Part shown: positions 34,849-44,861 of the stretch, one piece after another
Numbering within the stretch: the first letter of the stretch is position 1
Layout of the letters: each line of letters opens with the position of its first letter
IMG/VR virus record: IMGVR_UViG_3300009868_000003
Coordinates: 1 to 64,000 of that record
Reading direction: 5' to 3' (one strand)
DNA length: 64,000 nucleotides
DNA from: a virus
Lineage: Duplodnaviria; Caudoviricetes
Made by a program: the position numbers and the translations under genes
Notes under the pieces: generated by a model
Told to the model about the DNA's origin: nothing
The model's database searches: none
Seen by the model: the letters and a program-made list of their open reading frames with translations, nothing else

Positions 34849-35353
34849 ATTTGCCGAATGGGCAATTCAGCAACACAGAAACACTAATCACTACTACGAT
34901 AAGCATTTACCATATGAGTTTCACCTTAACCTGGTTGCTCAACAGGCCAATGAGTATAAGGACTTATGCGACATTGATTTGGATATGGCATACGATGGAG
35001 CATACGGTCATGATTTGATTGAAGACGCTCGTATTAACTATAACCAAATCGTACAGTTTACCGGTTCAGTTGTATTGGCTGAGTTAATATTCGCAGTAAC
35101 AAACATGCGAGGTAGAAATGCTTCGGAAAGAGCAAATGCAGAATATTATGACGGTATTCGTAAGACACCAGGTGCTTTATTTTTAAAGCTTTGTGACCGT
35201 CTTGCAAACTTAAAATACGGAGTCCTTACTAAGTCAAGCATGGTCAAAAAATACGCTAAAGAATATCCTAAGTTTAAAGAAGAACTTTACGACCAAAGGT
35301 TTGATCGTATGTTTAAGGACATGAAAAAGATTTTTGAAGAAAACGCACAGTAA
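34832..35353 (+). CDS. HD-domain hydrolase, SpoT/MESH1-like
   Basis: PYEFHL..V, GHDLIED, LKLCDRLAN. Confidence 0.8.
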   Translation: MKRLSKFAEWAIQQHRNTNHYYDKHLPYEFHLNLVAQQANEYKDLCDIDLDMAYDGAYGHDLIEDARINYNQIVQFTGSVVLAELIFAVTNMRGRNASERANAEYYDGIRKTPGALFLKLCDRLANLKYGVLTKSSMVKKYAKEYPKFKEELYDQRFDRMFKDMKKIFEENAQ

Positions 35354-35355
35354 AA

Positions 35356-35877
35356 ATGAAGGGTCTGAGGTTATTGTTTCTTTTTATGATTATGTCGGTG
35401 TTTGCATTCTCTCAGGATTATGTGGACATTGCCAAGACTAATCTTGAAAAATATAAGGGATTGGTTAAAAACAGAACATATGTAATCGTTATTGATTATT
35501 CTAAGGCAATAACTTCAGATCGTCTTTACATCATAAACGTTAAGACCAATAAGATTGTTTTTGTTTCGACGGTCGCCCATGCATATAACAGCGGTTTATT
35601 TTATGCAACCAAATTCAGTAACACCCCAGGTTCTAATATGTCATGTATAGGTGCATTTGTTACTGAAGGTGAATACAACGGTAGCTTTGGTAGGTCGATG
35701 GTTATAAAGGGCCTGGAAAAGCAAAATTCTAATGCAAAATCTCGTAGCATCATCTTTCATTCAGACACTAAAATGAAAACCAAATGGAGTAAGGGCTGCT
35801 TTGCCACTCCAGAAAAAGCAAACTCCACAATCATTAATCTCACCAAAGGTGGATGTTTGGTCTATGTCTTTAATTAA
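35356..35877 (+). CDS. Exported L,D-transpeptidase-family protein (YkuD_2-like)
   Basis: Signal peptide; IDYSK....RLYI, VAH, S..GAFVT, GLEK.NSNA..R.I.FH...WSKGC. Confidence 0.8.
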   Translation: MKGLRLLFLFMIMSVFAFSQDYVDIAKTNLEKYKGLVKNRTYVIVIDYSKAITSDRLYIINVKTNKIVFVSTVAHAYNSGLFYATKFSNTPGSNMSCIGAFVTEGEYNGSFGRSMVIKGLEKQNSNAKSRSIIFHSDTKMKTKWSKGCFATPEKANSTIINLTKGGCLVYVFN

Positions 35878-37112
35878 GCTTGATTAGGTTGAGGAACCTG
35901 TTGAACTCCTTGTTGAGGTTGAGCCTGTGCAAGATTCGGTCCACCTGACTGCCACACTTTAGACCAAAGGTTTTTGGTCGCTTCAGGTTGGTTGTATTGA
36001 ACAGTTAACCCAATTTTCTTATTTCCAGTCTTTGCTTGCCATGCGATGTAGTGATGAGCAAAATCATCCATATATCCTGTTAAATCGATGCATCCATGTG
36101 AACCTGGTATGCCTCCTCCGTGGATATACATATTATTTCGTCCAAATGTTTCTGTTCCCTTTAATGGATAGAGAAAACCTCTATAATTACCCCAAGCAAT
36201 CTGTTCTTCTGCTCCACCTGATTTCCAATCGGTGTTTATTTTTTGGCCGCTTATTGCTTTATATGCATTTGAAAGTATGTCAAGTTTAGAATACGAAGTC
36301 TGTCCATCTCTTGATTGTAGATCCCTAATTTCATATTCTCCTTCAGGAGTAGGACCTTGGTCCTTTATCTTTTGCCATTCCTTCGGGTCCTTTAGATACC
36401 TATCAAACTTTCCACTGTTCCATGGAGTTATACCAGAAACTGCTTGCCACATCTTCTTTTCAACACCATCGACCATCCAGTATAAATACGTTCCGTCGAA
36501 CTTTAGGTGTGCATTTTTAGAATCAGTAACCTTAGGATCGATTTTTTTAGGATCACCAATGATGTTATCAATTATTGCTTGGACCTTGTCTTTAATTCCA
36601 TCGAAGAAGTTATCAATTTTCTGACCTATTCGGTTTATAGATTCCTTAAACTCATCCTTTAGATTAGAAAGTCTTTGGGCAAACGTTGGATTTTCCTTCG
36701 ATACTGTCTCAATCTTTTGTTGGACCTTAGGCTCAGCCGCCTTAGACTTGTCTAAAAGCACTGTGACAGTCTTTTTTCCAACTATTCCGTCGGTGACCAA
36801 TCCGTTTTTTTGTTGAAACGAAACAACCGATGCTCTTGTTCTAGGCCCAAACTTACCGTCATTCATTGGGACTATCTGTCCTTTTGCGTTTTTGTAGCTT
36901 GTTGCCATGTAACCTAAACCTATTAATAAGCTCTGAAGTTCTTTGACTTCAGCTCCTTCTGATAAAGGTTGGGCTTCATTTACCTTGCTAAAGTCTTCAG
37001 GTGTACAAAGGACGATTTTAGCCTTTTTAATTACCTCAATTGCTTCAGTCACTTCTGGTGACTTCTTTAGCGTTTTTTGATAGTCTTCGAATCGGTGAAT
37101 TGTTCTGGTCAT
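35874..37112 (-). CDS. Peptidoglycan-binding protein with C-terminal DUF2778/Tlde1-like L,D-transpeptidase-fold domain
   Basis: LQSLL..LGY...DGKFGPRTRASV..FQQKNGLVTDGIVGKKT; GPTPEGEY...R..MYIHGG...SHGCI; N-terminus MTRTIHRFEDY. Confidence 0.75.
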   Translation of the reverse strand: MTRTIHRFEDYQKTLKKSPEVTEAIEVIKKAKIVLCTPEDFSKVNEAQPLSEGAEVKELQSLLIGLGYMATSYKNAKGQIVPMNDGKFGPRTRASVVSFQQKNGLVTDGIVGKKTVTVLLDKSKAAEPKVQQKIETVSKENPTFAQRLSNLKDEFKESINRIGQKIDNFFDGIKDKVQAIIDNIIGDPKKIDPKVTDSKNAHLKFDGTYLYWMVDGVEKKMWQAVSGITPWNSGKFDRYLKDPKEWQKIKDQGPTPEGEYEIRDLQSRDGQTSYSKLDILSNAYKAISGQKINTDWKSGGAEEQIAWGNYRGFLYPLKGTETFGRNNMYIHGGGIPGSHGCIDLTGYMDDFAHHYIAWQAKTGNKKIGLTVQYNQPEATKNLWSKVWQSGGPNLAQAQPQQGVQQVPQPNQA

Positions 37113-37173
37113 AATTTTATTTATTTTAAAGTTCTCTTGAAACCAGCGATAACATCTACTGTATAAAATTTAT

Positions 37174-37461
37174 ATGACAGACCTAGAAAAATACGAGTTA
37201 ATAAACTCGACTAAAAGCGTTGAACAGTTAATGGAGGCCGTTTCGAAAATCGGCCCTATTCAGGGCTCCAAAGAAGAATTTTCAGTGGAAAATATTCATG
37301 GTTCAATTCGTTTGATAATGTTACGCCCATACTATCCGTATTACAATCAACTCACAAGGAAGTTTGGACTTCGTCAACAGATGATCTATCTGATGACCTA
37401 TAAAAAATACGATAGGTTGGGCCTCGAATCAGGTGCTTCCTTCGAAACAAAAAATAACTAA
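37174..37461 (+). CDS. Hypothetical protein
   Basis: ORF track. Confidence 0.7.
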   Translation: MTDLEKYELINSTKSVEQLMEAVSKIGPIQGSKEEFSVENIHGSIRLIMLRPYYPYYNQLTRKFGLRQQMIYLMTYKKYDRLGLESGASFETKNN

Positions 37462-37469
37462 AACTTTTA

Positions 37470-38549
37470 ATGATTAAAGCAGAAATTGTAGCTGATTCTA
37501 TTAGCACGTTTAATAGAAGGATCACTACTATGGTCTTAACTTTTCCCAGGTATATCCTAGCGGAATTTAACACGCACCGAGCATTATCAAAAAATTCGGC
37601 ATCGTCTAGGGCAATTCCATTCAATAAACCCAAACGACCGATTGATATGATGAGAATGGTCCAAAATAATCCATTTGTTCCATTGGCCTGGATGATAGAC
37701 CATGAAGGAATGCAAGGAACAGAATACTTTACAGCTGAACAAGTAAATGGCCTATTATTGGTAGAAGATTGGCTCAAAGCTAGAACCTTGTTTTTAGAGA
37801 CAGCAAAGAGCTTTCACGACAGAAAGTTAACCAAGCAAATAGTAAACAGGTTAATTGAACCGTTCTTATGGCATACTGTTATAGTGACTGGAACCGAATG
37901 GGAAAACTTCTTTGCATTAAGAAATCACCAAGCGGCAGACATTCATATTCAGGAACTGGCAAAAAAGATGTTAGCTGCATATAATGATTCTACTCCTAAA
38001 AACCTTAAACCTGGGGAATGGCATATACCGTTTGGAGACAGGATAGATGAAGATAGACTCGTCAGAGAACTTGAACTTGACTATCAGCCATATGAAGATG
38101 GAACGACAGACGTTGACCACGCTAAAATTCAGATAGCGACAGCAAGGTGTGCTAGGGTATCCTATGTGAACTTTGAAGGTAAGGATGATTATTTAGCAGA
38201 CGTTAAATTATATAGGGATCTCTTAATCGGAGGTCACATGAGTCCATTTGAACACTGTGCTAAAGCTATGACTAGAGACGAATGGTTAAGATGGACAATT
38301 TCATATCCATACTCAGAAGACAAGTTTGATTTATTGAAAGAAGAAATAGGGGACCAAATTTTAATTCACGAAACAAGCAAACCTGATTCTAAACCTATTA
38401 AGATAATTGAACCAGGATGGTGTGGAAACTTTAGAGGTTTTGTTCAACTAAGAAAGACCTTTAATAATGAAAATAGAAAAGATCCTCGTGTGGTTCAAAA
38501 GAAGTATAATTGGAATACAAATGAAACGGTCGATCCAAAGTCTAATTAA
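37470..38549 (+). CDS. thyX: FAD-dependent thymidylate synthase (ThyX-like)
   Basis: AEFNTHRALSKNSASSR = HR-x7-S-x-R; KQ.VNRL.EP, CARVSY, HMSPFEH. Confidence 0.8.
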   Translation: MIKAEIVADSISTFNRRITTMVLTFPRYILAEFNTHRALSKNSASSRAIPFNKPKRPIDMMRMVQNNPFVPLAWMIDHEGMQGTEYFTAEQVNGLLLVEDWLKARTLFLETAKSFHDRKLTKQIVNRLIEPFLWHTVIVTGTEWENFFALRNHQAADIHIQELAKKMLAAYNDSTPKNLKPGEWHIPFGDRIDEDRLVRELELDYQPYEDGTTDVDHAKIQIATARCARVSYVNFEGKDDYLADVKLYRDLLIGGHMSPFEHCAKAMTRDEWLRWTISYPYSEDKFDLLKEEIGDQILIHETSKPDSKPIKIIEPGWCGNFRGFVQLRKTFNNENRKDPRVVQKKYNWNTNETVDPKSN

Positions 38550-38629
38550 AAGACTAAAACTAAAATGGAACGAAGAACATAAATTTTCATATGCTCCGTT
38601 CCATCCTATGATTTATGTATTAAAAACGA

Positions 38630-38650
38630 AGAGGGACATTTAGCCCCTCT
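38630..38650. terminator. Terminator between convergent genes
   Basis: AGAGGG-N9-CCCTCT followed by TTTT; a second hairpin lies at ~38564-38603. Confidence 0.5.
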
Positions 38651-38652
38651 TT

Positions 38653-39522
38653 TTATTTCTTCTTTGGTTTGTCTTCTTTCTTGGATTTCTTTGAACCTGC
38701 CCAATCATGGTATTTTTTAACTTCAATACCTGCTTTTTTTCCTTCAAACAATCCTCCAGTTTCTCCACCAAAGTCATCTTCTTCGTCTCCAAGGTCTATG
38801 TGAGCGTTTAGCTTTTTATTGAGCTTCTTTTCAAGTTCCATGATTTCACGATTAAGTTCAATCATTTCCTTGGATAGGGCTTCTCTTTCGGAACTTCCTT
38901 TCTTAAGTGATAAGTATTGTTGTTTCTTTTGGGCTGCTTCTTCTTTTTTAGCATCAAGTTGAGCCTTAAGGTCTCCTTCGTCTTCGAATCCGCTTGCTGT
39001 TACTGTTTGTGGTTCTGTATCTGGTGAAAGACCAAATTCTTCACCTCCCTCTTCTTCAGATTCTTTATTGATAAATTCTACCATTGCATCAAGACATTCA
39101 TCAAGAGAACCAAAGGTAGTTTCATATTCTTCATGTTGAGTAACTCCGCTTTCATCTTCAACTAAATATGTAAATCCATATTCTTCAGCTTGAGGTTCAG
39201 CTGAACCGAATTCTTCAGAACCGTCTCCGTCTTGTAAATCAAGCTCAGAATTTCCTGAAGGTTTAAATATAATGAACTCAGCAACCTCTGGGTCTTGACT
39301 AGTTTCATATTGAGATTTTTGTTCGTCATCTGCAAACACTGCAAATAAGTCGTCGCTTTCATCTTCTTCTAATGATACGACTTGGAAAGTCTGTTTAGTT
39401 CCCTCATTAAGACGAGTTTCAATGTAGCTAGTTGATTCTTCAGATGATACAGGTACTTCAGGTAACGTCAGGTCTTCCGATTCGGTAAGCAACCAGTAGC
39501 GATAGTTTTTAATATAGCTCAT
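38653..39522 (-). CDS. Highly acidic protein with coiled-coil C-terminus, probable head/core protein
   Basis: MSYIKNYRYWLLTE; internal LNE/LFE sites; TATAAATA at 39546. Confidence 0.75.
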   Translation of the reverse strand: MSYIKNYRYWLLTESEDLTLPEVPVSSEESTSYIETRLNEGTKQTFQVVSLEEDESDDLFAVFADDEQKSQYETSQDPEVAEFIIFKPSGNSELDLQDGDGSEEFGSAEPQAEEYGFTYLVEDESGVTQHEEYETTFGSLDECLDAMVEFINKESEEEGGEEFGLSPDTEPQTVTASGFEDEGDLKAQLDAKKEEAAQKKQQYLSLKKGSSEREALSKEMIELNREIMELEKKLNKKLNAHIDLGDEEDDFGGETGGLFEGKKAGIEVKKYHDWAGSKKSKKEDKPKKK

Positions 39523-39575
39523 GTAGCGATTAAGTGATTTTGATTTATTTATACACCATGATAAATAGAAATTAT

Positions 39576-39899
39576 ATGGTATTAAGTTTTAGAGAATGGC
39601 GTATTAATGAAAATCAGGTCAAATATATTAAGCCTCTCACTATGTTATCTAAACTGAGAAAGTATCCAGGTGATCAATATCACACGGACCTACTTCCGAG
39701 GCTTCAGAGACTAAACAATAAGTGGGGACAGATTAATATAGATGACTGGTATCTAAGGGCCCAGCAAGAGGATGGGGAATTCTATGCACTTGTTCAAGGA
39801 GATTTAATTGGACAACCTGATGTAAGAGAATTGTGGAGAGACTTGACCGGAAGATCTAGTACAAAAATGACTCCTGGAATACACCAGGAAAATGTATAA
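39576..39899 (+). CDS. Hypothetical protein, capsid-targeting-like N-terminus
   Basis: MVLSFREWRINE; GATAAATA at 39560. Confidence 0.7.
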   Translation: MVLSFREWRINENQVKYIKPLTMLSKLRKYPGDQYHTDLLPRLQRLNNKWGQINIDDWYLRAQQEDGEFYALVQGDLIGQPDVRELWRDLTGRSSTKMTPGIHQENV

Positions 39900-40197
39900 T
39901 ATGAAGGATTTTTTCATGAAGATGCTTAGAGACTCCAGGGGAGGTGCATCACACAAAAGACTAATAACAGTTGTTGCAGCTGGTCTTTTATTCATTGCTT
40001 TTGCAATCAGTATCTTTAAAAAGACCATGTTGGAACCATATATGTGGGAAACTATTGCATGGATAGCGTTAGGTGGTATGGGTATCTCAACTACTGAGTA
40101 TTTCAGTAAGGCAAGTTCAAAGCCAGCATATACTGAAAAGGCAGCAGACCCTCTTCCGACTAAATTTGTTCCAGATTCAGAGACTCCGACTAAGTAA
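39892..40197 (+). CDS. Two-TM holin-like membrane protein
   Basis: SHKRLI + TM1, TM2 ending GGMGIS.TEYFSK, charged C-tail. Confidence 0.5.
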   Translation: MYNMKDFFMKMLRDSRGGASHKRLITVVAAGLLFIAFAISIFKKTMLEPYMWETIAWIALGGMGISTTEYFSKASSKPAYTEKAADPLPTKFVPDSETPTK

Positions 40198-40399
40198 GAT
40201 CAGTTATTTTACAGTTTGTGGAAAGAAGAATAAAATCATCGTATTGAGAGGACGAAAGTTCAATCATTAAAAGACTATAGACGTCATCTCGAGTGATTGC
40301 TTCTGATAGAACCGTCACCTCGTTTTCTTGGATAAATGTTTTTACTCTTTCGTGTTCCGATTTAGTTGGAGTTAAAATATGTAGTATGTGATTATTCAT
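40190..40399 (-). CDS. Hypothetical protein
   Basis: ORF track. Confidence 0.55.
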   Translation of the reverse strand: MNNHILHILTPTKSEHERVKTFIQENEVTVLSEAITRDDVYSLLMIELSSSQYDDFILLSTNCKITDLT

Positions 40400-40401
40400 A
40401 A

Positions 40402-40429
40402 AAAAGGGAGACCTAATGGTCTCCCTTTT
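40402..40429 (-). terminator. Intrinsic terminator (bidirectional form)
   Basis: AAAAGGGAGACC-TAAT-GGTCTCCCTTTT. Confidence 0.75.
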
Positions 40430-40461
40430 ACTTTACCAAAAATCAAAGCTATGTTGTTTGC

Positions 40462-40830
40462 TTAGTTGATTTTTATTCCGCCTCGTTTTTGGTTTGAATC
40501 AGGTATTGATACGAATAAGAATCCGTTTTCATACCTTGCATTAACCTCATCTTCGGCAATTTCTTCGCCAACCTGGATTTGCAGGTTCAGCTGTTTAGAG
40601 CTTATTGAGCCCTCTTCATTTACTTCGCTTGTTCCGGTTACAACCAGGTTTCCGTTTTTCAGTTCAACTTTAAGGTCTTCTTTTTGAAAACCGGCAACGT
40701 TAACCTTAAAGGTTGTCTTACCGTCAGCTTTCAAAACATCGACCGGATTAAAGTCAAATCCACCGAATCTGAAAGGTAGACCTGAATTTTCACGCTCTAA
40801 CATAGCGATTAATGTTCCGATGTTTTTCAT
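40462..40830 (-). CDS. Small heat shock protein (Hsp20/IbpA family)
   Basis: VAGF.KEDLKVE..NG.L.V.G...V.ARYENG.L.V.IP. Confidence 0.85.
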   Translation of the reverse strand: MKNIGTLIAMLERENSGLPFRFGGFDFNPVDVLKADGKTTFKVNVAGFQKEDLKVELKNGNLVVTGTSEVNEEGSISSKQLNLQIQVGEEIAEDEVNARYENGFLFVSIPDSNQKRGGIKIN

Positions 40831-40882
40831 AAAATATTTTGTTTAGTTAGGTTAACTTACCTATAAAATATGCACCTAGGAC

Positions 40883-41596
40883 TCATGGTTTTTCCATTTC
40901 ATCTAAAACTTCTAATAACTGAGTGCCGGTTATTATATCTGATATAGTAAGAGTTTCTGTTTCTTCTGTTTCTTCTGCTTCATTTTCAGACTCTTCAGGT
41001 GCATCTACTATTGGGGCAGTAAGATGAATTATTGCCAAAATTAAGTCATTAAGGGTCCACCTTCTGTAGCCTGACAGTGCAGTAAAATACCTTCCTCGAT
41101 TATCTTTGTCTCCAAACTCTATATATGAATCTAAATAGACCGGTTTATCTAATAAATGATAGATTTCAGTCACGGTGAAGTCAATATATTTTACTTCAAC
41201 AAAGGATGCCATTTGAATTTTACTTAGACCTACACAACCCGGCCAAACGTCTATTTCCATCATATGCTCAGTCTTTCGTCTAATGGTCTCAGTTTCCCAT
41301 ATAAAACTGACATCATTTATTTCCTGTGCAATTTGGTCGTCTCCTCCCTGAACAGGTTCAAATATGTCTTTAAAGTCATCATGTTTTAGGTAACCCATAT
41401 AGATGAAAATAAACTGTTCCCTGTATTTTTCTAGGGCAGTCAATATGTCCCTAAATTTTAGGTTTTGGTCAAATTCAATGTTATAACCGAGATAATATGA
41501 TATTGGCAGCTCGAATTTTTCAATAGGCTGCCATGTTGTTCCACTTTCGTCAGTAATCTCGACGAACATTCCTTCCTTCTTAAACGACAGATACAT
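40883..41596 (-). CDS. Hypothetical protein
   Basis: ORF track; AATAAATA upstream. Confidence 0.75.
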   Translation of the reverse strand: MYLSFKKEGMFVEITDESGTTWQPIEKFELPISYYLGYNIEFDQNLKFRDILTALEKYREQFIFIYMGYLKHDDFKDIFEPVQGGDDQIAQEINDVSFIWETETIRRKTEHMMEIDVWPGCVGLSKIQMASFVEVKYIDFTVTEIYHLLDKPVYLDSYIEFGDKDNRGRYFTALSGYRRWTLNDLILAIIHLTAPIVDAPEESENEAEETEETETLTISDIITGTQLLEVLDEMEKP

Positions 41597-41616
41597 ATGA
41601 CTTATTTATTGGTTTA

Positions 41617-42363
41617 TTATTGAGGATACTTTTCATAAAATTGTTGTAACCTCTGTTGAAATTTTTGGTGGTATTCTTTAAGATCTGACGGTCCCATAAT
41701 GAATTCCTGTGGTTCAAATGTCTGTTCGTTTGATATCCAAATTCGTGCTTGATTTACCCTAATACCTGTTCTATCAAACACAGCGACAGCATATGCTGCT
41801 ACTTGATGTTTATAATCATCAATAAACTTTTCAATCTTAGGTTTTTTAGCAGTCTTAAAGTCTATGACGGATATTCCAAGATCATCTATTAACTCCGAAA
41901 CATTATCAACAGTTCCGGCATATCCTCCACCTCTAGTAGACCATAGGAATCTTTCCTGCATGAGGACTTTTTTGATGCTGTTGAAAAAGCCAGACCTAAT
42001 GTAATTGAAGAACATCATTCCTCCAACTATCTTAGCTCGATTATCAAACTTTTCAATTTCATCATCAAGCTTTGAAAGGGAAAGAGTCTCATTTAACCTG
42101 TCCTGCTTGCTCATATCTTCCGGTAGATTTAAGTAAAGCTCACATAATCTGTGCATGACAGTTCCACGTTCGACTGCGTTTTGACTAATTTCCTTAGCAT
42201 TATCAGTTCCTATTCTTTTCTCCCATCTTTCCAACCAAGCCTTATCCGCGGTTTCACCTAGGATACTCGTTACGCTTGGATAGACTCCGACTATTTCATT
42301 GTCTACTTTAACTTCATAATATCTGAGTCCATTCTTTATGACTCTTTGAATTTGCTCTGCCAT
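41617..42363 (-). CDS. PD-(D/E)XK exonuclease (Cas4/MGME1-like phage nuclease)
   Basis: YPSVTSILG, RGT.MH..CE, YAGTVD, IDFKT, Q.AAYA; ATG 42363. Confidence 0.85.
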   Translation of the reverse strand: MAEQIQRVIKNGLRYYEVKVDNEIVGVYPSVTSILGETADKAWLERWEKRIGTDNAKEISQNAVERGTVMHRLCELYLNLPEDMSKQDRLNETLSLSKLDDEIEKFDNRAKIVGGMMFFNYIRSGFFNSIKKVLMQERFLWSTRGGGYAGTVDNVSELIDDLGISVIDFKTAKKPKIEKFIDDYKHQVAAYAVAVFDRTGIRVNQARIWISNEQTFEPQEFIMGPSDLKEYHQKFQQRLQQFYEKYPQ

Positions 42364-42385
42364 ATAAATAAATTTATACTTAAAG

Positions 42386-43345
42386 ATGAAACCAAGATTT
42401 TTCTTAACTGAAAAGCAAATCATTAAATCGTTTTACGGTTACTTAAATGAAGACTCAGCAAATGCCCAACGTAAGCCCGAGATTCAGACAGACACCGTGG
42501 ACGCATTCTTTAGGTCACTTACTGATTTTGCATCTTCTGGGAAAGAGCTTAAGAGAGTGTCCCAAAACATTCCATACTCAAAGGAAGTTGAGTTAATTCA
42601 AGCCGGATTAAATTATTTAGGATACCCTTTGCCTAAATTTGGAGTAGATGGTCTTTTTGGTCCTGAGACCGAAGCTGCCGTTAAGTCCTTTCAAGATGCT
42701 CATAAGATGGAACCGACTGGTATAATGAATGGTGAAATGGTTAAGACTCTCATTGATGATTTACATGGAGACAATTTTGACCAAAATAAGCTTAAAGAAT
42801 ACTTAGGAGATCAGGTTAATTATATGAAGGGAGACGCTCTTTTAAAAGACCCTGCATTTTTAACAAGACTGAGTGAGATTAGTTCTTCAATTGGTGTCAA
42901 ACCAGAAGACCTTGCACGAGTAATGAAGGCTGAGTCTGGTCTTAATCCTAAGGCGACAAATCCTTACAGTGGAGCATGTGGACTTATCGGTTTCATGCCT
43001 TCTATCGCAACCACATTAGGAACGTCAGCTTTTGAACTTAAGAAAATGAATGCAATTCAACAGCTTGATTTTGTTGAAAAGTATTATAAACCATATGCTG
43101 GAAGACTTCATGGATTAGAAGACATTTATTCTGTAACTTTTTATCCCCCGCTATTAGGAAAGGACATGAATTATGTAATAGGTTCAGAAAAGGGCGAAAA
43201 TTATGCAAGATTAGTCGCCACTCAAAATCCAGGAATTGCAAAAGGAAAGGAATTTGCGACCAAACAAGATTTCTTTGATTATTTAGGAAAAGTTAGGGCG
43301 CTTGCTTTACCTATCTCCCAGCTTCCCGGCCCAAGGCTTAGTTAA
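42386..43345 (+). CDS. PG-binding + lytic transglycosylase (SLT) protein
   Basis: IQAGL..LGY.LPKFGVDGLFGPETEAAV..FQ; MKAESGLNP.A.N..SGACGLIGFMP; TATAAATA upstream. Confidence 0.85.
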   Translation: MKPRFFLTEKQIIKSFYGYLNEDSANAQRKPEIQTDTVDAFFRSLTDFASSGKELKRVSQNIPYSKEVELIQAGLNYLGYPLPKFGVDGLFGPETEAAVKSFQDAHKMEPTGIMNGEMVKTLIDDLHGDNFDQNKLKEYLGDQVNYMKGDALLKDPAFLTRLSEISSSIGVKPEDLARVMKAESGLNPKATNPYSGACGLIGFMPSIATTLGTSAFELKKMNAIQQLDFVEKYYKPYAGRLHGLEDIYSVTFYPPLLGKDMNYVIGSEKGENYARLVATQNPGIAKGKEFATKQDFFDYLGKVRALALPISQLPGPRLS

Positions 43346-43976
43346 CGAACCGTCTGGGTTTAGTCCAATGAACCCTGGGTTCTTATGATATTGTGCGATT
43401 GGGTCAATTGGTGTTATGTCTCTCCATTCAGACTTTTGGGTTCCAAATTCAAACATGTCTCCGTTTTTAAACTCTCGATTAGGACCTCGCATCTTCTGTT
43501 CCATCTGCTCAACCCATCTAGCTTCAGCGTTTTCTTTCTTTTTTCGGGCTTGATCTAATAATCTATTTAGATTTGCCTGATGGTGTTGTACCTCATCTAC
43601 CTTAAAAAATTCATAGGTCATTGTGTTAGGACTTATCCTAAGATAACCTAACGGACCTCTAGTCCTTGAAATAATCTGCCACGGTGAACTCCCACCTTGT
43701 GTAAAGTTCTGTATAAAAAGAGGTAGGGTTGACGGGTCTTCTTCGAACTCTTTAATAAGATAGTCGAAAATATTAGACAGAAGTACTATTGGATCCATAT
43801 ATTCCAATTCTTTTTAGGAACTCAAAAACGACCTTCACATTTGTTTTAATCGGTTCTTCAGTCAAGGGTTTGTATCGAGTTCCAGATTTTGAGACCCATG
43901 GATTTATGCCATGTCGTTTGCAATATTCCATATCAATATCTGTTTTAAACGTTACTCCCTTAAGAGACCTTCTCAT
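43307..43976 (-). CDS. Hypothetical protein, frameshifted
   Basis: Removing one base from the T-run 43811-43815 joins track ORFs 43773..43976 and 43307..43807 (..FEFLKELEYMDP..). Confidence 0.55.
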
Positions 43977-44861
43977 ACCTTTTATCTATTTTGAATGGAA
44001 TCCCAATGGATCCTTGAACACGAGGGACCATGTGTGTGGTCCTTCCGTCTGAAGTCTTTATTCTAATAACATCATTTAGTTCTGGATCCTTTGTTTGTCC
44101 ATAAACTTGAAGCATTTTAGCGAAAGTTCCCCGATTTCCATCGAGGTCGACGTAATCACGGATAGTGTTTCCACCGTACTTAAGACTCAGCTTGGCCACT
44201 TTTTGGGCCTGCATAATCGTTTCTGCAATTTTTTCGGCAGATAGATCTTTTAATTGAGACTCAGGGTGAACCTTTGCGTAATATAAAGCCTCACACTTTA
44301 TATAATTGCCGATACCTGCAACGAAATGTTGGTCCATAAGAGTTTTACAGATACTTTGATTAGGTTTTTAGTCTTAATTTCGTTTGAAATTGATAGGGCC
44401 TCATCTTCGGTTATTTCAAACAGGTCCGGACCAAACTGTCTTAATTTTTTATTGAAGTCTTCGGCCGTCATAAAGTGAATGTAACCGAACTTTCGTGGGT
44501 CGTTATAGACCAGAAAATCTTCATTTCCATCTCCGTCTGATAGACAAAATGCAAACCTGTCGTGTTTCTTAACCTTTCGTGAATTAAGGACTGGGTCGTT
44601 GTTTGAGTTTACAAGTCTAAACGACCCAGTCATACCGAGACTACAGACTATGAAATAGTCTTCAAAATCAAACCAAATCATCTTACCTCTCCTTGAAACT
44701 TCCATAAGCTTTAATTGCTTGATGTCTTTCCAGAAGTCGGTTCCCTTTACTCTTTTAATAAATGAGGAATCACCTAAATACTCTACTGATATTAAATTCC
44801 TGTGTATAAGGACGTCATGTAACTGTCCGACTATTCTTTCTACTTCTGCCGCTTCTGGCAT
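43960..44861 (-). CDS. mutM: Formamidopyrimidine-DNA glycosylase (Fpg/Nei), split by a frameshift
   Basis: N-terminal PEAAEV, RRGK, LGMTG, NDPRKFG; H2TH motif DQ..VAGIGNY..EAL. One added base in T-run 44365-44369 restores KTKKPNQSICKTLMDQ. Confidence 0.85.

Noticed and set aside
41617-42363. Cas4 as part of a CRISPR system
   Set aside because: It is a solo PD-(D/E)XK nuclease without the Cas4 cysteine cluster, cas neighbours or an array.
44298-44380. Programmed -1 frameshift in Fpg
   Set aside because: The site T AAA AAC is not a full slippery heptamer, no downstream structure was noted, and several similar homopolymer indels occur elsewhere, so sequencing error is simpler.
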